A stretch of DNA of 64,000 nucleotides from Candidatus Limiplasma pullicola. Its GTDB lineage: Bacteria > Bacillota > Clostridia > Christensenellales > Aristaeellaceae. Below the pieces are notes generated by a model. That model was not told where the DNA came from. It did no database searches and saw nothing but the letters and a program-made list of their open reading frames with translations. Shown piece by piece: positions 1-8,246 of the stretch. Within the stretch, counting starts at the first letter, position 1, and each line of letters opens with the position of its first letter. Position numbers and translations under genes: made by a program. The stretch is taken from positions 1,210 through 65,209 of the forward strand of contig DVIV01000005.1 of the NCBI GenBank assembly GCA_018710985.1, given 5' to 3'.

Positions 1-7
1 GCGGCGT

Positions 8-3000
8 ATGCGGCTGATGGCGCTGGTGGTGGCGGCCATGATGATTTGCGGACTGGCTATTGCCGAGCCCGTGCACGAGCATCAATGGAGCGCATGGCAG
101 AAGAGCGCGGATCATCCGAATCAGGAAACCCGCACCTGCCTTACGTGCAGCGCCGTCGAAACGCGGGAACATGAGTGGGGCCCGTGGACCGACATGGGCG
201 ACGGCACGGAAAAGCATACATGCATCAACTGTCAGAAGGAAGAATTCCGCAAGATCGAGACGCCTGCGATCCAAAGCGACAGCGGAGAAGGCGCGGGAAT
301 CAGCCTGCTGAACGAAAATGATACGGGCATGACGCCGGACCCGGACCCGAACGCGAATACGCCCGCGGACCCGGACCCGAATGCGAATACGCCCGCGGAC
401 CCGGACCCGAACGCGAATACGCCCGCGGACCCGGACCCGAACGCGAACACGCCCGCGGACCCGGACCCGAACGCGAACACGCCCGCGGACCCGGACCCGA
501 ACGCGAATACGCCCACGGACCCGGATACGGGCACGGACAACCCGGACGGAGACCCCGTTGCCGGACAGGCGGAGCTGCAGATCAGCCTGACGGTGGACCG
601 CACCGAAGCGAAGGCCGGGGATGAGCTGACATATACGGTCACCGTGACCAATGCTGGCACGGCCGATGCTCAGAATGTCAAGGTGAGCTTTGCGCTGCCG
701 GCGGATCTGCAAATTGTGGAAACGTCCTACGGCGGTACCCTGGCCGAAACCACACTTTCGCCACTGAACCAGGGAGATACGACGACCGTCTCGCTCAAGG
801 CTAGGGTGCTGGAAACCGCCGCTCATGGTACAACGTTGACGGTTACGGCCTCGGCGAACAATACGGCCAGCGAACCGGCGGTGACAACGGTGCTGGAGTC
901 CCCGCAGCTGTCGCTTGCCTTAACCGCCAGCAGCGACACGGTCACGGCGGGCGAAACGCTGGCGTATACAGTTACGCTCACCAACGACGGCAGAGGACCG
1001 GCCGTCAATGCGACCGTTGCGGTCACGCTCCCGCAGGGCCTTGAAAACGTGGCGCCGGATACGCCCGACGGGACCGTCTATGCGGACGGCCTGTGGACGG
1101 TGCCCGCGCTGGCGGCGGGCGAGAGCATGGCGCTTGTCCTGCGGGCGACGGTGATGCGCGGCATGCCTGACGGTACGGACCTGACCGCGCAGGCGCAGGG
1201 AATGGGCGTTTCAGCTGACGGCAGCGCGATGCCGGCAACGTTCGCAGCGCCCATTGTGGTCAGCGCGCCGGTCACGCTGTCCGCCCCCGCGCTGACCATC
1301 ACGGTGACTGCGGATCATAAGACCGCCGCCACGGGCAGCACCGTGAACTATATTGTGACCGTGTCCAACAGCGGAAGCGCCGAGGCAACTGGGGTGGACG
1401 TAACGGTCAGCCTGCCGGCTGCCAACCTGAAACTGGGCACGGTTACGCCCAAGGAAGGCACCAGCTGGGTTGAAAAAAGCGCAACATGGACCATTCCTTC
1501 GTTGGCTATGGGCGATGAGGCCACCCTCCAGCTGATGACGTTCGTGACGGACGTGAAGCCGGGCGACACCGTCACGGGCAGCGCTTCGGTTGTGCAGGTA
1601 GACGGAACGTCCCCGGCCACGCAGATTACCGCCAGTGCGGCGTTCACCGGTGAAAACGCCGCGGTCAACCTGTCGATCACCAAGACGGCGGATCGCCTTA
1701 GCGCGCAGCCCGGCGAGGAGCTGCGCTACACGCTGGTGGTCACCAACAACGGCAAGGCCGCCATCAATAGCATCCAGGTGAGTGAAAAGCTGCCCGACAA
1801 GCTGCTCTTTGCGGAAAAGGAGCTCACCCAGGGAACGACCTATGACGAGGCTACCGGCCTGTGGACCATCCCCGTGCTGGAGCCGGGCGCGCAGGCGACG
1901 CTGGTGGTCAGGAGCGTGGTGATGGACGCCAGGGAGGGCCAAAACCTGGTCAACACCGCCGAAATCATCAGCGTGGACGGGGCAGAGCCGGCGGTCCATC
2001 CCACGGCAACCGCGTCGGTGCTCATCAACGCGATCAGCTACGGCTTCCTCACCGTCAACAAGACGGTGACGGGCAGCGGCGCCAGCCGGCACCGCGACTT
2101 CCCCTTCCAGGTGGTCTTTACCGACGCGGCCGGGGTGGCCGTGCACGGTATCGGCATCTATGTGAAGGGCACCGAAAGCCATACCTTTGATACGGCCTAT
2201 CCCCTCACCTTCGAGCTTCGCCATGACGAAACGGTATGGATCGGCGTGCCCACGGGCATGAGCTATACCGTGACGGAAACGGATATCAAGGGTTACGGCC
2301 TGACCAGCAAAAATGACAAGGGCGTGATCCAGACCGATCAGCTCATTCAGGCGACCTTTGTCAACGACCGCCAGCGCAATACCGATATTCCCAAGACCGG
2401 CTATGCCGATCAGGCTCCGGATGCAGCCGTGGAGCAGCCGGCCGTGGCCGAGGATCTTACGCAGGCCTATGCCCAGAATGACGACCTGGTAGGCTGGCTC
2501 AAGGCCGGCGATGGAATCGACCTGCCGGTGGTGCAGTCCGATAACACCTATTATCTGGACCATGGCTTCACGGGGGAAGAGAACAAGAACGGCACGCTCT
2601 TCCTCAACATGAACAACCAGCTCTTTCCCGCGGATGACGTGCTGCTCATCCATGGGCATAACATGAAGGATGGCTCCATGTTCGGCACGCTTTCCAAATT
2701 TGAGCGCTACGACTATGCCTGCGAGCATCCCATCGTAACCTTCCAGACCATCCACGATGAGGAGCCCGTCTACTACGTGCCGATATCGGTGTTCAACGCC
2801 TCCATGCTGCCGGACCATTCCAGCTATTTTGACATCACGCAGATCGTCTTTCCCGATGACGAGGAGGGCGGGGAGGAGGACTCCTCGACCTTCCGCCAGA
2901 GCACCGCGTTCAGGACCTATCTGGACGAGCTGAAGGCGGTTTCGCTGTGGGAATCGCCCGTGGACGTGAACGTGGACGACAAGCTGCTCATGCTGATCAC

Positions 3001-3100
3001 CTGCAGCTACGACCTGGAGGACGGCCGGCTGATGGTGGTCTGCCGCAGGCTCAGGGACGGGGAAACGCCCGAAGAGGTCGCCGAACTTTTTGCCAAATAA
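8..3100 (+). CDS. Secreted multidomain surface protein with C-terminal class B sortase domain (DUF11 repeats, Cna-B/SpaA-like domain, IPKTG, SrtB-like domain)
   Basis: Continuous 1030-codon ORF. Signal peptide (..MICGLAIA/EP). Two H-x-W..C-x-x-C modules. PDPNANTPAD decapeptide repeats. Four DUF11-type repeats (AGDELTYTVTVTNAG, AGETLAYTVTLTNDG, TGSTVNYIVTVSNSG, PGEELRYTLVVTNNG). A Cna-B-like domain ending FVNDRQRNTDIPKTG. Then DDLVGWL..YYLDH..LLIHGHNM..LMLITCSY..RLMVVCRR, typical of SrtB. Confidence 0.85.
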   Translation: MRLMALVVAAMMICGLAIAEPVHEHQWSAWQKSADHPNQETRTCLTCSAVETREHEWGPWTDMGDGTEKHTCINCQKEEFRKIETPAIQSDSGEGAGISLLNENDTGMTPDPDPNANTPADPDPNANTPADPDPNANTPADPDPNANTPADPDPNANTPADPDPNANTPTDPDTGTDNPDGDPVAGQAELQISLTVDRTEAKAGDELTYTVTVTNAGTADAQNVKVSFALPADLQIVETSYGGTLAETTLSPLNQGDTTTVSLKARVLETAAHGTTLTVTASANNTASEPAVTTVLESPQLSLALTASSDTVTAGETLAYTVTLTNDGRGPAVNATVAVTLPQGLENVAPDTPDGTVYADGLWTVPALAAGESMALVLRATVMRGMPDGTDLTAQAQGMGVSADGSAMPATFAAPIVVSAPVTLSAPALTITVTADHKTAATGSTVNYIVTVSNSGSAEATGVDVTVSLPAANLKLGTVTPKEGTSWVEKSATWTIPSLAMGDEATLQLMTFVTDVKPGDTVTGSASVVQVDGTSPATQITASAAFTGENAAVNLSITKTADRLSAQPGEELRYTLVVTNNGKAAINSIQVSEKLPDKLLFAEKELTQGTTYDEATGLWTIPVLEPGAQATLVVRSVVMDAREGQNLVNTAEIISVDGAEPAVHPTATASVLINAISYGFLTVNKTVTGSGASRHRDFPFQVVFTDAAGVAVHGIGIYVKGTESHTFDTAYPLTFELRHDETVWIGVPTGMSYTVTETDIKGYGLTSKNDKGVIQTDQLIQATFVNDRQRNTDIPKTGYADQAPDAAVEQPAVAEDLTQAYAQNDDLVGWLKAGDGIDLPVVQSDNTYYLDHGFTGEENKNGTLFLNMNNQLFPADDVLLIHGHNMKDGSMFGTLSKFERYDYACEHPIVTFQTIHDEEPVYYVPISVFNASMLPDHSSYFDITQIVFPDDEEGGEEDSSTFRQSTAFRTYLDELKAVSLWESPVDVNVDDKLLMLITCSYDLEDGRLMVVCRRLRDGETPEEVAELFAK
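331..526 (+). repeat. Tandem 30-bp coding repeat, about 6.5 copies (PDPNANTPAD)
   Basis: Copies in register at 331, 361, 391, 421, 451 and 481, differing only at 1-2 synonymous or near-synonymous positions. A partial seventh copy starts at 511. Confidence 0.95.
2387..2401 (+). other. IPKTG sorting-signal-like pentapeptide, internal to the ORF
   Basis: att ccc aag acc ggc, in frame with the start at 8. It is not followed by a hydrophobic helix and K/R tail but by an acidic linker and the sortase domain (from about 2480). Confidence 0.7.
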
Positions 3101-3107
3101 CGCCGAC

Positions 3108-3140
3108 GGCCCCTTCCTGCGAAGGAAGGGGCCGCCTTTT
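3108..3140 (+). terminator. Rho-independent terminator (a second hairpin lies at 3141..3167)
   Basis: GGCCCCTTCC-loop-GGAAGGGGCC followed by GCCTTTT. Immediately after it comes CAATCCCCCGGC-TAA-GCCGGGGGATTG. Confidence 0.7.
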
Positions 3141-3236
3141 CAATCCCCCGGCTAAGCCGGGGGATTGCTGTTTGCAGGAAAGGAAACGGCATTTTTTCGC
3201 TTGACTTGCCCAGTCTGTCCCGCCTGCAAGAAACCG

Positions 3237-3265
3237 TTGATTTTCTCTGGAAAAGATAGTATATT
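3237..3265 (+). promoter_or_regulatory. Sigma-A-type promoter for the sulfatase/anSME pair
   Basis: TTGATT (3237..3242), 17-nt spacer, TATATT (3260..3265), about 70 nt upstream of ATG 3334. Confidence 0.5.
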
Positions 3266-3333
3266 AAAACCGCATCAGAGCCCCGTTGACAGCGGATTTG
3301 TCCATGAAAACGGAGGCAGAGAGGAGAATCGAA

Positions 3334-5013
3334 ATGCAGCGTACCAGAAAAATGGCGCTGCGGGTTGCGACGGTCGCGCTGGCGGCGACAACCGCCTGTT
3401 CCGCATCGGGCGGCGCGGGCGCGCTTTCGGAAAGCGGCGATTCACCCGCGACGGAGGCCGTCAAAAACGGGGACGGCAGCTACAACATCCTGTTTGTGAC
3501 CACCGATCAGGAGCACTACTTCGACCAGTATCCGCAGGGCACTTCCTACAAGGCCCGCGAGCTGCTGGCCGAGCTGGGCACCACCTTTGAAAAGCACTAC
3601 ACCTGCGCCAACATGTCCACCTCGGCCCGCTCGGTCATTTACACCGGCCAGCACATCCCCCAGACCAAAATGCTGGACAACATAGACGTAGCGTGGCAGT
3701 CGCCCATGAGCCCGGACCTGACCACCGTGGGGGACAGGCTGAGACAGGCCGGCTACTACACCGCCTTCAAGGGAAAGTGGCATATGGGCGGCAGCGGCAT
3801 CCTGGGCCTCCACGAGAGCAGCCTTTCCGATCTGGAGGACTATGGCTTCGCGGACTGGGGCGGTACGGACTATATAGGCACCCTCTATGAAGGGCTCAAC
3901 GCCGATCCCGTCATCTCCTCCGAGGCCGTGGAATGGCTGGAAGGGACGGGAAAGGCGCTCAACGAACAGGGACAGTCCTTTTTCCTGGCCGTCAACATGG
4001 TCAATCCCCATGACATCATGAACTATGACAACTCCGGCGCCCAGAGCAATCTGCTGGCGCTGGGCGGGAAGCCGGACGATCCGGTGTACCAGAAGACCTA
4101 TGCCGATCCCGCCCCTTCCAGCTGGGATTTCGACCTCAACGCCCCGGATGTGCCCGAAGCCCTGAGCATTTACAACAGCGAGTGGTGCAGCTATACCGGC
4201 GCGGTGACGGATGAAGCGGGCTGGAAGGATTATCAGGACTACTACTATAATTGCATTCAGGACAACGACAACCACCTCATGGAGCTGCTGGACTATGTGG
4301 TGGACAGTGGCCTGCTGAAAAACACCATCATCGTCTTTACCTCCGACCATGGGGAGATGCATGGCAGCCACGGCCTGAAGGGGAAGGGCGGATTCGTGTA
4401 TGAGAACTGCATCCACGTGCCCCTCTACATCGTCCATCCTGAATACGAGGGAGGCAGGCGGATTTCCGCGGTCACCAGCCACCTGGACCTGGCGCCCACC
4501 TTCCTGGACATGACCGGCCTGCCTGACGAGGAGAAGGAGCGGCTGTGCGAAGGGCTTCCGGGCCACAGCCTGATGGACCTGATGGACGGGTCCGCCTCGT
4601 CCGTGCGGGACGGAGCGCTGTTCTGCTATGAATCGCTGCTGATGAGCGCCGTGCAGGTGGACGTGGCCCTGGACGGGAGCATGAGCTACCAGATCGACCT
4701 GACCAACCGGGGCATGGTGCGCGGGCTGATCACGGAGGACTACAAATTCGTGCGCTACTTTGCGCCGCTGGAGTTCAACACCCCGCAGACCCTGGAGGAG
4801 CTCTACGCCATGAATGACGTTCAGCTCTTTGATCTCAGGCAGGACCCGGAGGAGTTGAACAACCTCGCGGCGGACCCGGAGGCCAACGGAGAGCTGATTC
4901 TGGAGCTGAACGCCCGGCTGAACCGGCTGATTGAAGAGGAGATCGGGCAGGATGACGGGCAGGAGATAACCGTGATCCTCCAGACGCTTCAGCAAAGCGA
5001 TCTGGGCGCATAA
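3334..5013 (+). CDS. Sulfatase (formylglycine-dependent family), predicted lipoprotein, Ser-type with an atypical core motif
   Basis: Start chosen at ATG 3334 after GGAGGCAGAGAGGAG. Signal/lipobox MQRTRKMALRVATVALAATTAC. Motifs LFVTTDQEH, STSARSVIYTG (FGly-motif position) and FTSDHGEMHGSHGLKGKG. Confidence 0.85.
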   Translation: MQRTRKMALRVATVALAATTACSASGGAGALSESGDSPATEAVKNGDGSYNILFVTTDQEHYFDQYPQGTSYKARELLAELGTTFEKHYTCANMSTSARSVIYTGQHIPQTKMLDNIDVAWQSPMSPDLTTVGDRLRQAGYYTAFKGKWHMGGSGILGLHESSLSDLEDYGFADWGGTDYIGTLYEGLNADPVISSEAVEWLEGTGKALNEQGQSFFLAVNMVNPHDIMNYDNSGAQSNLLALGGKPDDPVYQKTYADPAPSSWDFDLNAPDVPEALSIYNSEWCSYTGAVTDEAGWKDYQDYYYNCIQDNDNHLMELLDYVVDSGLLKNTIIVFTSDHGEMHGSHGLKGKGGFVYENCIHVPLYIVHPEYEGGRRISAVTSHLDLAPTFLDMTGLPDEEKERLCEGLPGHSLMDLMDGSASSVRDGALFCYESLLMSAVQVDVALDGSMSYQIDLTNRGMVRGLITEDYKFVRYFAPLEFNTPQTLEELYAMNDVQLFDLRQDPEELNNLAADPEANGELILELNARLNRLIEEEIGQDDGQEITVILQTLQQSDLGA

Positions 5014-5035
5014 GGCCGGAAAGGAAGGCGGCGGT

Positions 5036-6184
5036 ATGCCTGATTCCGGAAGGACCTATGCCATGATGGCGAAGCCGGTGTCCAGCGCCTGCAACCTGCG
5101 GTGCGCCTATTGCTACTATACCGGGAAGGAAGCGCTGCTCCATCAGGGGAACGGGAGAATGTCCCATGAGGTGCTGGAGGCCTTCATCAGGCAAAACCTG
5201 GCCATGCACGGCAGGGACGCGGTCGTGGAGTTTGCCTGGCACGGAGGCGAACCGACCCTGGCGGGGCTGCCGTTCTACGAAGAGGCCGTGCGCCTGGAGC
5301 AAAAGTACGGCGCGGGGCGGCGGATTGTCAACACCCTGCAGACCAACGCCACGCTGCTTACCGACGAATGGTGCCGCTTTTTCAGGCAGCATGCGTTTCA
5401 CATCGGCGTGAGCATCGACGGCCCCGAGGAGCTTCACAACGCCTACCGGAAAGGGGTGAACGGGGCGGGCGCCTTTGAGGCGACGATGAGGGGAATCCGG
5501 CTGCTTTGGCAGCACGGCGTCCCCTTTGCCACCCTCACCACGGTGAACCGGGTCAATATGGAGCATCCGCTGAAGGTCTACCGCTTCCTGCGCGGGCTTA
5601 GCGACTATCTCCAGTTCCTCCCCGTGGTAGAGGCCCTGCCCGGCGAGCTGGAGGAGGAGGAGGGACAGCATCTGGCCACTCCGCCCGGCATTCACGCTTT
5701 GGGGCTGGTCCATCCCGTCGCGCCCTTTTCTGTTACGCCCGCGGGATATGGGGACTTTCTGTGCGCCATCTGGAAAGCGTGGCTCGGACAGGATGCGGGC
5801 AGGGTCCATGTGCAGCTCTTTGACGTTGCCCTGGGGCACCTTCAGGGCCTGCCCTCCACGCTGTGCGTCCATGACCCCCTGTGCGGCCACAGCGGCTGTG
5901 TGGAGGCCAACGGGGACGTATATGCTTGCGACCGTTACGCCTTTCCCGAATACCGCCTGGGGTCCCTTCTGCGCACGCCGCTGGAGGAGCTGATGGAGAA
6001 AAACCGGAGCTTTGGCATGCACAAGACCTGTTCGCTTCCGCAGGACTGTCTGGACTGCCCCTATGTGCGGCTGTGCTTCGGCGGCTGTCCCAAGGACCGG
6101 CTCAGCCATCGGAAAAACTACCTCTGCGAAGGCTACAGGCGCTTTTTTGCACGGGTGCTGGCGGACTGGAACGAGGGCGTGTGA
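5036..6184 (+). CDS. Anaerobic sulfatase-maturating enzyme (radical SAM/SPASM)
   Basis: CNLRCAYCYY (CX3CX2C) near the N-terminus. C-terminal Cys clusters (CGHSGC..CDRY.., CxxCxxxxxCxGGC). Lies directly downstream of the sulfatase gene. Confidence 0.85.
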   Translation: MPDSGRTYAMMAKPVSSACNLRCAYCYYTGKEALLHQGNGRMSHEVLEAFIRQNLAMHGRDAVVEFAWHGGEPTLAGLPFYEEAVRLEQKYGAGRRIVNTLQTNATLLTDEWCRFFRQHAFHIGVSIDGPEELHNAYRKGVNGAGAFEATMRGIRLLWQHGVPFATLTTVNRVNMEHPLKVYRFLRGLSDYLQFLPVVEALPGELEEEEGQHLATPPGIHALGLVHPVAPFSVTPAGYGDFLCAIWKAWLGQDAGRVHVQLFDVALGHLQGLPSTLCVHDPLCGHSGCVEANGDVYACDRYAFPEYRLGSLLRTPLEELMEKNRSFGMHKTCSLPQDCLDCPYVRLCFGGCPKDRLSHRKNYLCEGYRRFFARVLADWNEGV

Positions 6185-6205
6185 ACGGGTTTCACGGAAC
6201 ATCAT

Positions 6206-6237
6206 AAAGGCGGGCTGCACGAAGCAGCCCGCCTTTT
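6206..6237. terminator. Bidirectional rho-independent terminator between convergent genes
   Basis: AAA-GGCGGGCTGC-ACGAA-GCAGCCCGCC-TTTT. Confidence 0.75.
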
Positions 6238-6251
6238 GCCATGCGGGGAAA

Positions 6252-8219
6252 TTACGGCTCCACGATGTTGAAATCCGGCGTAAACACCACGATGTGTTCG
6301 CAAAGGGTGTCCAGGACATCCTCGCCGCCGGTGAGCTCGGCGGCCTGCCGCACCCCGTCGGCGTTGCCCTGAAGCAGGGCGAAAAGCGCGGCCTTGGGCA
6401 TGCGCCACTCGGCGTCAGCATCGGGGTCCTGCACGCCCTCCTGATAGAGAAGCACGCCGGCGCGCAGGGTGATGACAAACTGCTCCTGGGTGTCGGTCAC
6501 CACCAGGTTGATCGTGCTGTTGAGGTCCACCACCGCATTGCTGTCCAGCCGGATGCCCAGGTATTCCAGCATCAGGTTTACGCCCATCTTCATCTGCATC
6601 TCCGCGGCGCCGCTCATGGGGTTGGACGCGGGGTCCTCGTCGCTGCGCAGCTCCTGGGCGGCGGTCAGATAGGCGTTGCGCCAGGGGCCGGACTCCGCCT
6701 GGTAGCCCAGCTGCTCCAGGGCGTCGGCGCACAGCCAGCGGGCTTCCAGATTGTCCGGGTCGGCATAGACAAGGACGTTGGTGATCTGGGCCACCCACTG
6801 ATATTCGCCCTTTTCAAAGTCCTCCCGGGCCATTTGCAGCACCTTGTCGGTGTCGCCCAGGTATTCCACCAGCTTCAGGGCATAGTCCGTGGGGGTCATC
6901 TCATCCAGATGCACCGGGTTGGCGTCATACCAGCCCATATACTTCTGGTAGACGGCCTTGACGTTGTGCTTGAGGGTGCCGTAGTACTGACGGGTATACC
7001 ACACCTGCTCCAGCTCGGCGGGCAGGCGGATCATGTCGGCAATTTCGGTTTCGGTGTAGCCCTGATTGATATAGAACAGGGTCTGGTCATGGATGAACTT
7101 GTAAACCGCCGCCGTGTTGGTCATGTACTGCTCAATCACGTCGTTGCCCCAGTGCGGCCAGTTGTGGGCCTGGAAGACCACCTCCGCCTGCTCTCCGTAC
7201 AGGGCCAGCGCCTCCATGATATAGTTGGCCCATGCGTTTCCGTCCCGCACCTGGGCGCCGCGCAGGGTGTAGAGGTTGTGCAGGGTGCCGGTGCAGTTTT
7301 CCGCCAGCCACAGCGCGTTCTTTTCCGGCAGCCAGGTGTTCATTTCCGCGGGCGCCTCGGTGCCGGGGGTCATCTGGAACTCGAAGGTAACCCCGTCGAT
7401 GACGCGGGTCTCGCCGGTCGTGGTGATGATATCGTTGGGGGAAATGTAGGACAGGGTGCCCTTGGACTGGTTCATGCCGATGCCTACGCTCATGGCGCCC
7501 TGCGCATCCTTGTCCAGCAGGGTCCCGTACTGATAGGCGGCGCGGCGTCCCATGGCGGTGCCGGCATAGACGTTCTCGCTGATGGCGTACTCCTCAAAGC
7601 CCTCCGGGGCGATGATGGGGATGTTCCGCTCCTCGACCTCTTCCTCGGACACAATGCCCTTGATGCCGCCGAAGTGATCCACATGGGAATGGCTGATGAT
7701 GACGCCCATGATGGGGTACTCGCCCAGCTGCTCGTCCACCAGCTCCTTGGCAGCCCGTGCACACTCCACCGAGATCAGGGGATCAAAGACGATCCAGCCG
7801 GTCTCGCCCTTGACAAAGGTGATGTTGGAGATGTCATAGCCGCGCACCTGATAGATGCCGTCGGTCACCTCAAACAGGCCGTAGATGTGGTTGAGCTGGG
7901 TGTCGCGCCACAGGCTGGGGTTGACGGTGTCGGGAGCGTCCGCATCCTCCAGGAAGGCGTAGGCGTCCTGGCTCCAGATCAGCTTGCCGTCCTCGCTCCT
8001 CAGCTCCAGGGACTCCGGCGCGCAAATCAGGCCCTTCTGGGCGAATTCCAGCTCCTGCTGATCGTCAAAGTCCAGCTGCTCATAGACGCTCTGGTTTATC
8101 TGGGCGGTGATCTCCGTGGCGCCCTTCTGCTCCGCGTTCAGCTCCGCCGTTTCCGCATGCGCCGGGAAGAGGGCAAACACCATGCCCAGCAGGCAGAGAA
8201 TAGCTGTCCATCGTTTCAT
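6252..8219 (-). CDS. Alkyl/aryl-sulfatase of the metallo-beta-lactamase fold (SdsA1/BDS1-type), secreted
   Basis: Signal peptide MKRWTAILCLLGMVFALFPAHA. MBL motif ISHSHVDHFGG. Length and C-terminal region typical of type III alkylsulfatases. AGGAGG RBS. Confidence 0.8.
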   Translation of the reverse strand: MKRWTAILCLLGMVFALFPAHAETAELNAEQKGATEITAQINQSVYEQLDFDDQQELEFAQKGLICAPESLELRSEDGKLIWSQDAYAFLEDADAPDTVNPSLWRDTQLNHIYGLFEVTDGIYQVRGYDISNITFVKGETGWIVFDPLISVECARAAKELVDEQLGEYPIMGVIISHSHVDHFGGIKGIVSEEEVEERNIPIIAPEGFEEYAISENVYAGTAMGRRAAYQYGTLLDKDAQGAMSVGIGMNQSKGTLSYISPNDIITTTGETRVIDGVTFEFQMTPGTEAPAEMNTWLPEKNALWLAENCTGTLHNLYTLRGAQVRDGNAWANYIMEALALYGEQAEVVFQAHNWPHWGNDVIEQYMTNTAAVYKFIHDQTLFYINQGYTETEIADMIRLPAELEQVWYTRQYYGTLKHNVKAVYQKYMGWYDANPVHLDEMTPTDYALKLVEYLGDTDKVLQMAREDFEKGEYQWVAQITNVLVYADPDNLEARWLCADALEQLGYQAESGPWRNAYLTAAQELRSDEDPASNPMSGAAEMQMKMGVNLMLEYLGIRLDSNAVVDLNSTINLVVTDTQEQFVITLRAGVLLYQEGVQDPDADAEWRMPKAALFALLQGNADGVRQAAELTGGEDVLDTLCEHIVVFTPDFNIVEP

Positions 8220-8246
8220 GTTCCGTATCCTCCTTCATTCTTTTCT

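Noticed and set aside
331-526. Regular 30-bp repeats that might look like a CRISPR array
   Set aside because: The repeats are directly adjacent with no spacers. They are in frame inside a long ORF and encode a decapeptide. No cas genes are present in the window.
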